Assembly (NCBI GenBank): GCA_028716165.1
Contig: JAQUQI010000001.1
Span: forward strand, 50,458-114,457
Source: Candidatus Omnitrophota bacterium
Lineage (GTDB): Bacteria > Omnitrophota > Gorgyraeia > JABMRG01
DNA length: 64,000 nt
Direction: 5' to 3'
Within the stretch, counting starts at the first letter, position 1, and the number at the start of each line of letters is the position of its first letter. A model generated the notes under the pieces. The model did not search any database. It was not told the origin of the DNA and saw only the letters and a program-made list of their open reading frames with translations. Position numbers and translations under genes: made by a program. Positions 1 to 10,561 of this stretch are shown piece by piece.

Positions 1-824
1 GCTGAATACAATAGCTCTTTTAGCTCTTTTTTAGAATGTGTCCAGGTCCTAAACCTTCTGCCTTTAAGCAAAATAGAAAGCCTGTCTTGAACAAATCTCG
101 GGAGCAATGATATGAACCTTATCCCGCAGTGCTCTTCCCGCAAGCCAAGAAAATAAAATATATTGTAACGGTTTTCTATAGCCAGATAGAGGCACCCTTC
201 TTCATTTAACGAAGCGTGTAACTTCTTCAAAAAACGCCTCTGTTCATCTATGGGCCTTTCTTTTGTGTCTTTGCTGAATATTTTTTTTACATTTGTAAAC
301 AACTGCCTGCTGCCTTTTATAAAATTATTTACTTCTATGTCCCCTTGTTCAGGCAGCCACTCTAAAACACCGTTTACAATAACTTTGGAAAAAATGCCAT
401 CGTGGAAATTTATCTCTTTTAAGTTGGCCCTGACCAGGTGCATATTCTCCAGGCGCTCTTCAAGCTTTCTCTGCTTCAATAATCTTAAGCTTTCCTCGGT
501 TTGGTCAACAGCTATAACATCAGCCTTAGCCCTGGCAAGAGGCACTGATAATGCCCCCCACATGCATCCGGCATCAAGAATCGTATCAGATTCACAAATA
601 TCCAATGTTGCCATACCGCCTGCTCTTTTTAAGGGAAATATGGCATCCTCATGCTCCGGGAAATACTTTCTAACCGTCTTCTCCGAGCCCAAGGCATTGA
701 GATCTTTTAAATAATCCCTGTTTTTTGATTTATCCAGGTTAGACCAATAGCCCGAGCCCGGCCCATAATAGATGCCGTCTTTATATTCCTTTATATTTTT
801 TATAACTCGTTTTACGTCTATCAT
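1..824 (-). CDS. class I SAM-dependent methyltransferase (3' end runs off window)
   Basis: Minus-strand ATG at 824-822 overlaps the stop of the upstream gene (ATGA). The translation (MIDVKRVIKNIKEYKDG...LDAGCMWGALSVPLARA...) carries a D-x-GCG-like SAM-binding motif. The frame stays open to position 1. Confidence 0.55.
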   Translation of the reverse strand, partial: MIDVKRVIKNIKEYKDGIYYGPGSGYWSNLDKSKNRDYLKDLNALGSEKTVRKYFPEHEDAIFPLKRAGGMATLDICESDTILDAGCMWGALSVPLARAKADVIAVDQTEESLRLLKQRKLEERLENMHLVRANLKEINFHDGIFSKVIVNGVLEWLPEQGDIEVNNFIKGSRQLFTNVKKIFSKDTKERPIDEQRRFLKKLHASLNEEGCLYLAIENRYNIFYFLGLREEHCGIRFISLLPRFVQDRLSILLKGRRFRTWTHSKKELKELLYS

Positions 825-1693
825 AACAGGTCTTTAGCCTTTAACGCGAGCTGGCTGTCAATCCAGCCGGACTTTGAGACAACATAAAAAGACGCGCAAA
901 ACAACAAAAACTCTTTGGCTACAAATGCCAAAAACACAACCCATGTGATAAATACCGGAGTAAATACTTCTATGACAAGAAGCAGGCATATAAAATCCAC
1001 CGTCCTAGCCCTGTTATCCAGAAAATTATTAATAAACTCCCGCGCCTTATCAAGCCTCGGGCTCAATATGCCGGTTTTTTCCGTCCGTCCGGCGGGCCTT
1101 TCGCTGTCCCGGAGCGCGTATTTGGCCAGGGCCTTTTTATTCAGGCATGATTTAAAAAGTTCGGCCAGAGCATAGTTATGGAATTTACCCAGGAAAAAAA
1201 GCGGTAATAAAGGTATCAGATAATAATATACCGCGCACGAGGACTTTTGCGCCGCGTAAAAACCCAGGCCTATCTGAAGACCCATGGCACCCATCACAGC
1301 CCCGTATCCGTCAAGCATGGCCCCCTGGCATGATTGCCTGTTTGTCACTCTTGCCAAATGGCCGTCACTCCAGTCTAATATGCCTTTTGTAAAAAATATA
1401 AACACAGCCGACAATACGCCAATCTTTGTAGCCATTCCAAGAAATATCCCGCCTGCCAGGCCCAGCAGGCAATATAACACTGTAAGCGCGTTCGGTGTCA
1501 CGGCTGTTCCTTGCAGGGCATATACCAGCCAGGCGCTTGTCTGCATATAAAATTTCGCCTTAAAACAGGAATAGGGCGTTTTCCAGCCCTTAAAACACCC
1601 CGGGCCTAAGTAATGCTGTTCATACTGCTCTTTTTTGAGCTCGGATATCGTTTTCATTAAAAAACCCTTTCTTATTAAAGATGGTAATATCAT
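821..1693 (-). CDS. CDP-alcohol phosphatidyltransferase family membrane protein
   Basis: Motif DWSDGHLAR-x8-GAMLDGYGAV matches the D-G-x2-A-R...G-x3-D-x3-D signature. Several hydrophobic segments are present. The start could be 1693 or 1657; either way it overlaps the upstream stop. Confidence 0.6.
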   Translation of the reverse strand: MILPSLIRKGFLMKTISELKKEQYEQHYLGPGCFKGWKTPYSCFKAKFYMQTSAWLVYALQGTAVTPNALTVLYCLLGLAGGIFLGMATKIGVLSAVFIFFTKGILDWSDGHLARVTNRQSCQGAMLDGYGAVMGAMGLQIGLGFYAAQKSSCAVYYYLIPLLPLFFLGKFHNYALAELFKSCLNKKALAKYALRDSERPAGRTEKTGILSPRLDKAREFINNFLDNRARTVDFICLLLVIEVFTPVFITWVVFLAFVAKEFLLFCASFYVVSKSGWIDSQLALKAKDLL

Positions 1694-3485
1694 TTTTGAT
1701 GATCTCCGCGATCAGATCAGAAGGCCGGGGAGAATCAATCCTGAAAGCGTATTTTTCCATTAAACCCTTAGAAAACCTGGATTCAAGAGCGTCTTTTTTA
1801 TACAGGGTAAGGCAATCCTCAAGCTCTTGCCGGCAGGATACGACGTAAAATCTGGAGCAAAGGTCTTTTTCCGACGAACTTCTTAACAGGGATTTGTCTT
1901 TGAGGTATATTATTACAGGCATATCAAGCGTTAAAGACACAGGCACAAGCGCTGTTCCGATATAATCAAGGATTAGAAGCCCGTATCTGTCAATAACAGC
2001 TTCGGCCGGAATGCGGCGCATGACATCCACCCTGTCCGCTTTTTTATCATTAACCATATGCCTGAAATACCCATAATTAAACCGCTCATCGCTCGGGTGT
2101 GCCTTAACACTCATAGAAAGTCCGAGGCTTTTTACGCAGTCAATTATATCGTTATTAATCTGGAATAAATCTCTTTCAGCCGAATTTGTCATCATGTCCC
2201 TGTAATTATAAGAATTGAAAACCGATGAGCAATACAATATCTTTTTATTTCGCCGCTTTCGCTCATTTTGGCGCGCATGATAAAAATCATAGAGCCTGTC
2301 GGAACCGGGCGCGTAAGAAGGCCCGGCATTGCCTTTGTTGAAAAAATCCAATTCAACCGCGCTATGATACATATTCGTCTTATCTATAACAGGGTTCTGC
2401 TCAACGTATTCCTGATAAGGGTGTTTATAAAACATCGTGGTCCCGCCGTGCTGGAAATAATAAAGGGGGATTTTCCTTTTATTGGCTATATAGGCGTAAA
2501 TGTCCTCGCTTATCCGGCAGGCTCCTGCCGCAAAAAACAATGCTGAAGGCTTGTCAGCGTCAAACCGCTTTTGCGCGTGATTAAAAAAAGACGCGATATA
2601 ACATGCCACCTGGCGGCAATATGAATCAAAGAGCCTTTTTATATCCGGCATGAAACCGTCAAACCATTTATCGCAAAATTCCTGCACGGCCTTTAGAGAA
2701 TCCTGGCCCATTTCAAAGGCAGTAGCCTTCAAAAATCCTGGGGCAGATTTTATATCATCAAGCGGCCTTATATAATCATATCCGGGCATACGATCCTTGA
2801 TATAACCTGTTTCATAACCTGCCTGCATAATATATATGCAACCCTGGAAATTCAATTTAATGCCCCGGCGCCCTAAAAAAAACACGCAATTACCCGCTTT
2901 TCTTGCCGCCCGCGAGGCCTTATGCAAATAATAAGGCAGGTTTATGCCCTGGTAATCACGGGCGTTATGCCAATAACACTGCGGCATAAGCAGGCTCCTA
3001 ACCATGGAAACTTTATTGGCCAGGCCCGCGTTAAAACTATGAAATGCCAGGCCGTTAAGCGACATGTCCATATTGATGTCAAAAACTTTATCATAATACG
3101 AACTGCCTGCTAAATACAGCCTGTTGTAATCCTTCCTTAGGCCCTGGCATACATTATAAACATAATAGAGGTTTGTAAAAAACGTCATAAAATACAGTAT
3201 ATTGCCGCTAAAGGCACGCTCATATTCTAATGCCTTCTCGTTTTGCCTGTCAAGCAGACGCAAAAGCTCCCCTGCCTGGCGCATCATGGCCGTATTGCCT
3301 TGACGAAAACTTCCAATATCAAAAAAATCGTCAAATACCCTGTAATCCATGCCATTTTGCCTGAAAGCGTGCATGGCATCAACTGTCATGGCTACCTTGC
3401 CGATATCCCAAGGCAAAAACTTTAGCGCCGGTTTCAGGCCGGCTTTATCTATGAGTATTAACGCGTCTTTTTTTTTGGGCCCCAT
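1620..3485 (-). CDS. TagF-like (CDP-glycerol glycerophosphotransferase family) putative phosphotransferase
   Basis: The C-terminal region VKAHPSDERF...LILDYIGTALVPVSLTLDMPVIIYLKD resembles the TagB/TagF H-P and D-Y-S-S...P-I-I-F-Y region. 621 aa. Confidence 0.35.
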   Translation of the reverse strand: MGPKKKDALILIDKAGLKPALKFLPWDIGKVAMTVDAMHAFRQNGMDYRVFDDFFDIGSFRQGNTAMMRQAGELLRLLDRQNEKALEYERAFSGNILYFMTFFTNLYYVYNVCQGLRKDYNRLYLAGSSYYDKVFDINMDMSLNGLAFHSFNAGLANKVSMVRSLLMPQCYWHNARDYQGINLPYYLHKASRAARKAGNCVFFLGRRGIKLNFQGCIYIMQAGYETGYIKDRMPGYDYIRPLDDIKSAPGFLKATAFEMGQDSLKAVQEFCDKWFDGFMPDIKRLFDSYCRQVACYIASFFNHAQKRFDADKPSALFFAAGACRISEDIYAYIANKRKIPLYYFQHGGTTMFYKHPYQEYVEQNPVIDKTNMYHSAVELDFFNKGNAGPSYAPGSDRLYDFYHARQNERKRRNKKILYCSSVFNSYNYRDMMTNSAERDLFQINNDIIDCVKSLGLSMSVKAHPSDERFNYGYFRHMVNDKKADRVDVMRRIPAEAVIDRYGLLILDYIGTALVPVSLTLDMPVIIYLKDKSLLRSSSEKDLCSRFYVVSCRQELEDCLTLYKKDALESRFSKGLMEKYAFRIDSPRPSDLIAEIIKNDITIFNKKGFFNENDIRAQKRAV

Positions 3486-3493
3486 AATGGAAA

Positions 3494-4174
3494 TTATCTT
3501 ATGCTCCTTATTGTCTCAAATGCCTCCGCAAGCCCGCGGCCGCTGCAACTGCCCCATTTTTTGGCATTGGCAAGCATGGCAGACCCTGAACGCGGATGCG
3601 GAAACTTTCTCATTTCAGTTTTATACACAGCCAGCGCCATGGCCTTTGCCTTATATGACTTCGTTATATCATAAAAAATATCGGGGCAAAATTGACGGCC
3701 ATATTGCCCAAAAGACCATTCGGTTGACGAGAGGGTTTCAAAAGCGTATATATCACGGATACCGCGGTTGGCTGGCAAGGGCCTGGCGGCCGTCAGAACG
3801 GCCCTGTGCGTCAGGCAATGATCCATATTCAAATCCGCGCAATGGTGCGTAAAAATAATATTGGGTTTAAAGCGTCCGATAATATCCTCAACCTTCTTAA
3901 CGATATCAAGCAAATCAACCGAATCAAACCTGTTATCAGGCAGGTCAAAAAAAGATATTTCCCTTGAGCCGAGTATCCTGCCCGCTTTAAGCGCGGCATT
4001 CTTTATCGCGGCAGTATCAGGCTTTCGCCCGGCTTGACAACGCGCGCCAAGCCCTTCTCCCAAAATAGCAATACGGATATCATGCTTTTCATCTGCCAGC
4101 CGCCTAATCGTCCCGCCGCAGCCTAATGTCTCGTCATCCGGATGAGCGCAAACTACCAGGATCCTGTCTTTCAT
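3494..4174 (-). CDS. PIG-L/LmbE family N-acetylglucosaminyl deacetylase
   Basis: N-terminal VVCAHPDDETLGCGGT motif of LmbE-like deacetylases. Confidence 0.8.
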   Translation of the reverse strand: MKDRILVVCAHPDDETLGCGGTIRRLADEKHDIRIAILGEGLGARCQAGRKPDTAAIKNAALKAGRILGSREISFFDLPDNRFDSVDLLDIVKKVEDIIGRFKPNIIFTHHCADLNMDHCLTHRAVLTAARPLPANRGIRDIYAFETLSSTEWSFGQYGRQFCPDIFYDITKSYKAKAMALAVYKTEMRKFPHPRSGSAMLANAKKWGSCSGRGLAEAFETIRSIR

Positions 4175-4183
4175 AATTCCTCC

Positions 4184-6013
4184 TTACGGATATTGATTAT
4201 TTTTTTCTTCCCCGTGCTGGTGCCGGTAAAGCCTGGCATAAAATCCACCCTTACTTAGCAATTCATTGTGACTGCCGGTTTCAACAACCCTGCCCGCGTC
4301 CAAGACTATAATGCTGTCAGCGTTGATTACCGTTGAAAGCCTGTGCGATACACAGATAACGGTCTTTGACCTGCTTAAGCCTTCTATTGCCTCCTGTATC
4401 TTTTTTTCCGAATACGTGTCAAGCGAACTTGTGGCTTCATCAAAGATATACACCTCCGGGTCCCTGTATACGGCCCTGGCAATGGCAAGCCTCTGCCTCT
4501 GGCCGCCTGAAAGCGTCAGCCCTCTTTCCCCTACAAGCGTGTCATAACCGTCTGGAAGGCCTGCTATAAAATCGTGTATATCGGCCGCCTTAGCCGAACT
4601 GATTATGGCGCTCTTTTCAACGGCACCCGCCTCAACGGCAAAAGATATATTGTCGGCAATAGTCCCGTTAAAAATAAAGGTGTCCTGGCTTATCAAACCT
4701 ATCATCCTCCGCCATGAACGGATATCAAAATCGCGCATATCCTGCCCGTCAATTCTTATAGAACCTGTATCATATCCATAAAATCCTATCAACAAGTCTA
4801 TAAGCGTGGATTTTCCGCTTCCGGACGGGCCTACAATTCCATAAAATTTGCCTTTCTCCAATTCAAGGTTAATGCCTGAAAGCCTGAAACCGCTCTGCCC
4901 ATAAGCAAAGCCTGTATTTGAAAAAGATATTCCTTTTTTAAAACATTTAATCGCGGGCATATCTTCCCTGGGGCGGGCCAGGCACAAAAGCCCTGAAACA
5001 ATATTTATTGAAGGCAGTAAACTGGCTATCTGGATAAAACCGCTGTTAATGCCGGACATGGAAGTCATTATCCTGTAAGAGGCGCCTCCGAATATAGCGA
5101 TAGCGGCAAATATAGAGCCGGCATTTTCCTTGGCAAGGCTGGCCGCGAATAAAACAAGCAGTATGGCCAAAACCACAAGAGTCTGCATGACAGGCGTCGG
5201 CATACAGCTTATCGTCGCGTTCCTGGTATAAATACGCGCCTTTTCGCATACCGCCTGGCAAAACCGCTTCTTAAAGAAATCCTCCGCCAAAAAAGCCTTT
5301 ACCTGTCTTATGCCGGAAATTACCTCCGCGGCAAGGGAATAAGATTCTTTCTGCAATTCAGCGTGCACCCTTGAATCCGCGTAAACTTTAATCCTGGAAA
5401 CGGCATAAACAATAACCATGCTTACAGCCGAAACCGCTATCAAAGATAATGCCCATTTAACGGATACGAAAAAGAGCATTGCAAACAATAACACGACTGT
5501 AAAAATATTCCTCGCTATCTGGCACGTATACACAATGGCATTACCCGCGTTTTCCGTGTGCACCATCTGTTTCTGCAAAAGATCTCCGGCGCGGTGTTTT
5601 ATAAAATAATCATAGTCCTGGCCCATATAACTTGAAAATATGTCGTTCTGCCATTTGCTCGTCAGCCCCTGCGAAAGCTTAAATTGAGCGTAATACGACA
5701 AAACAATAAATATCCCCCTTGCTATGAAAAATATAATTACCGACAGGAACAAAACCGGGACAATCTGCTCAAGGCCAATATCAAAGGGCAGGATATTATT
5801 AATCAACTTTGCATAAACACTTCTTTTCTCATCGCTGTTAAAAATATTTAATATAGGATAAAGCGTGCCTATGCCCAATGCCTCAAAGAGCGATGTCAGG
5901 GTAATGACAACTGTAAAGACAAATAAACGCGCCCTCTGCTGGTTTATAAGATAAAAAAGATTTTTTACCGTATCCGCTTGTATCCTGGGCATAATATCCT
6001 TTTTCTCAACCAA
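4184..6013 (-). CDS. ABC transporter, fused permease/ATP-binding exporter (MsbA-like)
   Basis: Six predicted transmembrane segments are followed by Walker A GPSGSGKST, the ABC signature LSGGQRQRLAIARA and Walker B IFDEATSSLD. Confidence 0.85.
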   Translation of the reverse strand: MVEKKDIMPRIQADTVKNLFYLINQQRARLFVFTVVITLTSLFEALGIGTLYPILNIFNSDEKRSVYAKLINNILPFDIGLEQIVPVLFLSVIIFFIARGIFIVLSYYAQFKLSQGLTSKWQNDIFSSYMGQDYDYFIKHRAGDLLQKQMVHTENAGNAIVYTCQIARNIFTVVLLFAMLFFVSVKWALSLIAVSAVSMVIVYAVSRIKVYADSRVHAELQKESYSLAAEVISGIRQVKAFLAEDFFKKRFCQAVCEKARIYTRNATISCMPTPVMQTLVVLAILLVLFAASLAKENAGSIFAAIAIFGGASYRIMTSMSGINSGFIQIASLLPSINIVSGLLCLARPREDMPAIKCFKKGISFSNTGFAYGQSGFRLSGINLELEKGKFYGIVGPSGSGKSTLIDLLIGFYGYDTGSIRIDGQDMRDFDIRSWRRMIGLISQDTFIFNGTIADNISFAVEAGAVEKSAIISSAKAADIHDFIAGLPDGYDTLVGERGLTLSGGQRQRLAIARAVYRDPEVYIFDEATSSLDTYSEKKIQEAIEGLSRSKTVICVSHRLSTVINADSIIVLDAGRVVETGSHNELLSKGGFYARLYRHQHGEEKNNQYP

Positions 6014-6653
6014 GACTTTTTATCGCCCGGTCAAGGCTTGTCATATTATTAATTTTTACGCAGTCTAAACTTCCGAACATTTCCTTGTTCGCCTCGTATA
6101 CGCGGGCGATAAAATTGACGGAATTGGCCCGCGCGGCCTGCATATCGCTTAAGGCGTCTCCTACATAAGCTGTTTCATCAGGCATTAAGGCGAAACGCCT
6201 AATTATGTCATTAACAGCGTCCTCTTTTTTAACAGGCGCTCCATACAGGGCCTTAAAAAAAGCGCTTATGCCCCTTTGTTCAACTATCCACTCCATTTCA
6301 GCTTGAGGCGTGGCAGTCGTTATAAAAAAATCAAAAAAATCCTTACGGGATTGCAGGAATTCCCGCGCGCCGGTAACATACGGCGCCTTTATCACTTCTT
6401 CCTTTACCAGAGCCGAAAACCTCTTGCATAGGTCATTGAATTCAGCGTCTCTTAATTCCCTTTTTAGAAAAGTTTTGTAAAAATACCTGAATTTATCAAA
6501 CCTTGAAACACCCGTATTAGCAATATGGTAGCTTTCAACCATGTCGGCTATTTCTTTTCCTTCGTGCTCAAACAGCCTCCTGAAAGCTTTGGTCTTAATA
6601 TCCACGGACTCAACCAATACACCGTCAAAATCAAAGATTATCGCCTTAATCAT
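6006..6653 (-). CDS. HAD-superfamily hydrolase (phosphatase)
   Basis: HAD motif I, IIFDFDGVLVES, is present. 215 aa. Confidence 0.7.
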   Translation of the reverse strand: MIKAIIFDFDGVLVESVDIKTKAFRRLFEHEGKEIADMVESYHIANTGVSRFDKFRYFYKTFLKRELRDAEFNDLCKRFSALVKEEVIKAPYVTGAREFLQSRKDFFDFFITTATPQAEMEWIVEQRGISAFFKALYGAPVKKEDAVNDIIRRFALMPDETAYVGDALSDMQAARANSVNFIARVYEANKEMFGSLDCVKINNMTSLDRAIKSLG

Positions 6654-7233
6654 TTAATAATACCGCCCTGGCGGGCGCTCCGTCGGAGTCTTTTATCCTT
6701 AAGGGAAGGCAGAACAATTTGTAAAATCCGTTTTTTACCCCCTTAAGCGCGAGATTTTCCACAATCACTATCTTTTTTGAAAGCAGCCTCTTGTGAACAG
6801 GATGGGCCTTATCATCCGAGGCTTCTATGCTCATCTCTTCGGTGCCTACAAGACTGAAACCGCCTTGAATTACCATATCTGCGTCTTTTAAATCAAGGCT
6901 TGCCTTTTTAGAGCCCCTCTTAAGCAATATGGCTTTTGCCCGCTTAAGCCCCGTGCCGTTTAAAAAACCTATGCTTTTTAGATCATCAATACCGGCAACG
7001 AGCGCCCTGCAAATAAGCTTATCAATTGCAATGCCGTCCACAGGCCCGGCGCCTTCTATGATATGCCGCGGAGCGTCAATATGCGTGCCTGTATGAGTGC
7101 CCAGGCTTAAAGCGCCGAGATTACATGAAGAACCTTTCTTGATAGATTTATGGCCTCTTAAAACAAATTCCGGATCAGAGGGATAAACCCGCATACCGTT
7201 ACGCAATTGCCTGCTGATATCTATGTATTTCAA
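6646..7233 (-). CDS. putative cyclase family protein (kynurenine formamidase-like)
   Basis: GTHTGTHIDAPRH motif of the cyclase family. Confidence 0.55.
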   Translation of the reverse strand: MKYIDISRQLRNGMRVYPSDPEFVLRGHKSIKKGSSCNLGALSLGTHTGTHIDAPRHIIEGAGPVDGIAIDKLICRALVAGIDDLKSIGFLNGTGLKRAKAILLKRGSKKASLDLKDADMVIQGGFSLVGTEEMSIEASDDKAHPVHKRLLSKKIVIVENLALKGVKNGFYKLFCLPLRIKDSDGAPARAVLLND

Positions 7234-7236
7234 CGC

Positions 7237-8163
7237 CTATTTCCTCCCGATATAAGAAAGAAGATTTTCAACCGAATCTATCTCCATTTTTATTCTTGCC
7301 TCCTTAGCATAAGAACCTATATGAGGAGTAAGGATAACATTATCAAATTGAATCATTTTTCCAGTATAAGGCTCTTTATCAAACACGTCCAGGCAGGCCC
7401 CCGCTACACTGCCGTCTTTTAATGCCGCGCAAAGCGCCTGCTCGTCAATAAGCCCGGGCCGCGACGTATTGATAATATAAGCGCCTTTTTTAATCAAGCC
7501 GAATTCCTTTGGGCCTATTACAGGCCCGTTTGAAGGCGCCGGGCAATGTAAGGATATTATATCGCAACAGGATAAAAGCGTTTTAAGGTCAAGGAACTTA
7601 CAGCCGAGCCTGCGCGGCATATCTATAATATCATAATAGGCGACCTTGGCGCCGAAGGCAAGAAGCATCTGGGCAAGCCTCTGCCCTATCCTGCCAAAAC
7701 CGATGATCCCAGCATATTTACCCTGCAAAAGAGAGCCCATTTGCTTGCGCCAGAGGCCCTTTCGCATATCCCTGTCCATATGGCTTATTTTTCTTAAGAT
7801 ATTTATTATAAGACCCATGGTGAGTTCAGCCACAGCAAGCGTCGGGCCGCAGGGCGTGTTAAATACCTTTATACCAAATTCACTTGCCGTTGCCAGGTCA
7901 ACATTATCAAGCCCTGTGCCGCAACGGGATACAACTTTTAGCTTTTTTGAAGAGGTTATGACATCTCTGGTTATAGGCTCCGTGCCGGCAATAAGAAAAT
8001 CAATGTCTTGCAAAAAGCCTTTTATTTCATCTTCTTTTAATTTCCTGCCCAGCCGGTTCATTTCAACCGCCAACCCAGCCGCCTCAAGCATCTCCAGCGG
8101 TTTTTTATCATATTCGGCAAAAGAAGTCGTGGATATAAAAACCTTTTTCGTGTTCATGATCAC
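7237..8163 (-). CDS. D-isomer-specific 2-hydroxyacid dehydrogenase (glycerate/phosphoglycerate dehydrogenase-like)
   Basis: NAD-binding GIIGFGRIGQ motif, with catalytic R...E...H spacing typical of the family. Confidence 0.75.
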   Translation of the reverse strand: MIMNTKKVFISTTSFAEYDKKPLEMLEAAGLAVEMNRLGRKLKEDEIKGFLQDIDFLIAGTEPITRDVITSSKKLKVVSRCGTGLDNVDLATASEFGIKVFNTPCGPTLAVAELTMGLIINILRKISHMDRDMRKGLWRKQMGSLLQGKYAGIIGFGRIGQRLAQMLLAFGAKVAYYDIIDMPRRLGCKFLDLKTLLSCCDIISLHCPAPSNGPVIGPKEFGLIKKGAYIINTSRPGLIDEQALCAALKDGSVAGACLDVFDKEPYTGKMIQFDNVILTPHIGSYAKEARIKMEIDSVENLLSYIGRK

Positions 8164-9092
8164 TCCTTAGCCGGGTCAATAATAACGGTGTCCTGCCTTT
8201 TTTCAGCATCTATCTCATCAATCATTTCCAAAAGCCCCTGGCCGAGATCGCAATAAGTGTTCATTACTATCTTCTTGCCTATGCGCGGCATATACGAATA
8301 CGGGGTCTGTATATAATGCGATATGGATTTTTCCGGGTTTACGCGTATCTTGACTTTGCCGCCGAGTATTTCATTAATAATATCAAGCAATTCCATAAGC
8401 TTCATCCTGTGGTGGCCCGTAAGGATTAGGGTTTGGCCCTTGTATTCGTCTTCCAATACCTCAACGCATATATCGGCGGCATCACAGACATGCACATACT
8501 CGCGTATTTCCTGGCCTGTGCCCTTAAATTCTATCTTGCCTGACTTAAAGGCCTCTTGCAGATACCTGAAAACGCTGTTTGAAGAGTTCGCCCTGGTGCC
8601 GTATAGCGTGCCGAATCTTAATATCGTGTAATTAAGGCCGTATCTTTCATTATACGCTTCAAGCAGGAGCTCACAGGCATGCTTGCTGACCCGGTAAAAA
8701 GAGCCTGTCCTGCTATAGACGTATATGGTGCTGGCAAATACAACACGCCGGACATTGTTCTGCCTTGCCGCCTCCAGAACATTGGTTGTCCCGATTATAT
8801 TTATCTTCATCGTGTCAGGGGCATTGTCGCAGGCTTCATCCACATCGGCAAGCGCGGCAAGATGAAAAACAGCGTCCATGTTTTTCATGGCTTGAGAAAG
8901 CTCCTGCGGATGCAATATATCGCCTACTATCATATCCTGGCCCGGTTTTATAAAAGCTGATTTCTTTTTATCAAAAATTGCGACGTGATGCCCCGCCTCT
9001 GTCAAGGCATCGGCTATATGACTGCCCAAAAATCCTGAACCGCCGGTAACAAGGACATTTAAAGCGCCTTGTTGCTTCTTATGTTTTCCCAT
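8160..9092 (-). CDS. NAD-dependent sugar epimerase/dehydratase
   Basis: VLVTGGSGFLGSH Rossmann motif and a YxxxK region. Confidence 0.75.
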   Translation of the reverse strand: MGKHKKQQGALNVLVTGGSGFLGSHIADALTEAGHHVAIFDKKKSAFIKPGQDMIVGDILHPQELSQAMKNMDAVFHLAALADVDEACDNAPDTMKINIIGTTNVLEAARQNNVRRVVFASTIYVYSRTGSFYRVSKHACELLLEAYNERYGLNYTILRFGTLYGTRANSSNSVFRYLQEAFKSGKIEFKGTGQEIREYVHVCDAADICVEVLEDEYKGQTLILTGHHRMKLMELLDIINEILGGKVKIRVNPEKSISHYIQTPYSYMPRIGKKIVMNTYCDLGQGLLEMIDEIDAEKRQDTVIIDPAKE

Positions 9093-9095
9093 GGC

Positions 9096-10541
9096 CTATA
9101 TCTCCTTATCCTTAGAGCCGATATTGCTTAAAAATGATTTCTCAAAATCCTCTTCACATAAACGAAAATGGTTTTTGCGGGATTGTTCCGGCAGAGACGA
9201 CATGTAATCTTTATAGTTATTTCTCATCCGCTCTTCGGCATCCGCCCGGACCAAATCAAATTCATCGTCACTAAGTTCGCTCATATTTACCACCCTGCGC
9301 CAATAACCTTCGCAGATCCGCGAAAGATAAGAGTCCTCATCTTTTATAATACCCTTTCCCAGGGCATAATCATATATCTGCGAACCCGGCAGAGGGGTAA
9401 ATATACAAAAACGCCTGCCCGGATGATGCAGGCCCTTGAACATCTCAACCGTCTCATTAACGCTTTGCCGTGTTTCACCCAGATATCCAAAAATCAAGGT
9501 GAGTTTTATATGAATACCTGCCTCAAGCGTCATCCTGATGGCATTTTCTATCTTCTGCCTTGTGATCCTTTTGTTCATGCGTTTTAGCATCTCATCACTG
9601 CCGCTCTCAACACCATAACCTATGGAAACTAAGCCGTTTTCCTTATAAAAGTTCAATTTATCCAGATTGATGGTGTCAACCCTGGCCTGGCCGTTCCAGA
9701 TAAGCCCTCTTTTGCCTAATTGGACCGCGAGCTCGTCTATGCTTTTCTGTTTAAGGAATAAAAGCTCGTCCACAAAGTTAATAGCGTTTATACCGTATCT
9801 TGCCCTAAGAAAATCTATCTCTTTAATTATAGAACCCGTGGAACGTATGCGTATGTTTCTGAATGTCCTGCTGCAAAAATTGCACACAAAAGGACAGCCC
9901 CTGCCGCTTATCATAGCCATGACATTGGGCTTTTGCCGGTTTTCATATAAAGCGGCTGATTTATTGTGCACATAAAGCTTATTGGTCTTGTAAATATCCA
10001 TATTGAACAGATCATAGGCCGGGCTGGGGAGCTTATCTATGTCCGTGATAAGCGGCCGCGGGCCGGTCTTTATGACCCTGCCCAGCCTTTTAAACGCTAT
10101 GCCGTTAACATTATCAAAATCATTTATATTATTCAATATGTCTAATGCGGTCAGCTCCCCCTCGCCTATAACGCAGATATCAACATCCGTGTTTTTAAGC
10201 ACCGCGTTATAGCTGAATGTGGCCAGCTGGCCGCCCAATATTATTGTGCAAGAGCCGTTTATCCTCTTAAGCTGCCGCGACAACCATTTAATATACACAT
10301 ACTGCGTTGCCATGGCGGTTATCATAACGCAATCAAAGGATTTCTCCTCAAGGCCTTTCAATGCCTCCTGCCTGTTCCATTGATGCGCGTATATATCAAA
10401 CAGATCCATATCAAAACCGTTCTGCCTCAAAATGCCTGTTATACAGCCAAGGCCCCATGGAAAATGCGGGTCAAATATATCAGGCGGACGCTTGTCGTCG
10501 CCGGTTCCGAAAGGAGGATGAATCAATAATATTTTACTCAT
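9096..10541 (-). CDS. B12-binding-domain radical SAM enzyme (class B rSAM methyltransferase-like)
   Basis: An N-terminal B12-binding-like domain precedes the radical-SAM cysteine cluster CPFVCNFC. Confidence 0.75.
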   Translation of the reverse strand: MSKILLIHPPFGTGDDKRPPDIFDPHFPWGLGCITGILRQNGFDMDLFDIYAHQWNRQEALKGLEEKSFDCVMITAMATQYVYIKWLSRQLKRINGSCTIILGGQLATFSYNAVLKNTDVDICVIGEGELTALDILNNINDFDNVNGIAFKRLGRVIKTGPRPLITDIDKLPSPAYDLFNMDIYKTNKLYVHNKSAALYENRQKPNVMAMISGRGCPFVCNFCSRTFRNIRIRSTGSIIKEIDFLRARYGINAINFVDELLFLKQKSIDELAVQLGKRGLIWNGQARVDTINLDKLNFYKENGLVSIGYGVESGSDEMLKRMNKRITRQKIENAIRMTLEAGIHIKLTLIFGYLGETRQSVNETVEMFKGLHHPGRRFCIFTPLPGSQIYDYALGKGIIKDEDSYLSRICEGYWRRVVNMSELSDDEFDLVRADAEERMRNNYKDYMSSLPEQSRKNHFRLCEEDFEKSFLSNIGSKDKEI

Positions 10542-10561
10542 GTTATCGCCTTATAAGATAA

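Noticed and set aside
250-714. 154-aa plus-strand ORF
   Set aside because: It lies entirely antisense to a well-supported minus-strand methyltransferase ORF. It has no recognisable motif and a low-complexity composition.
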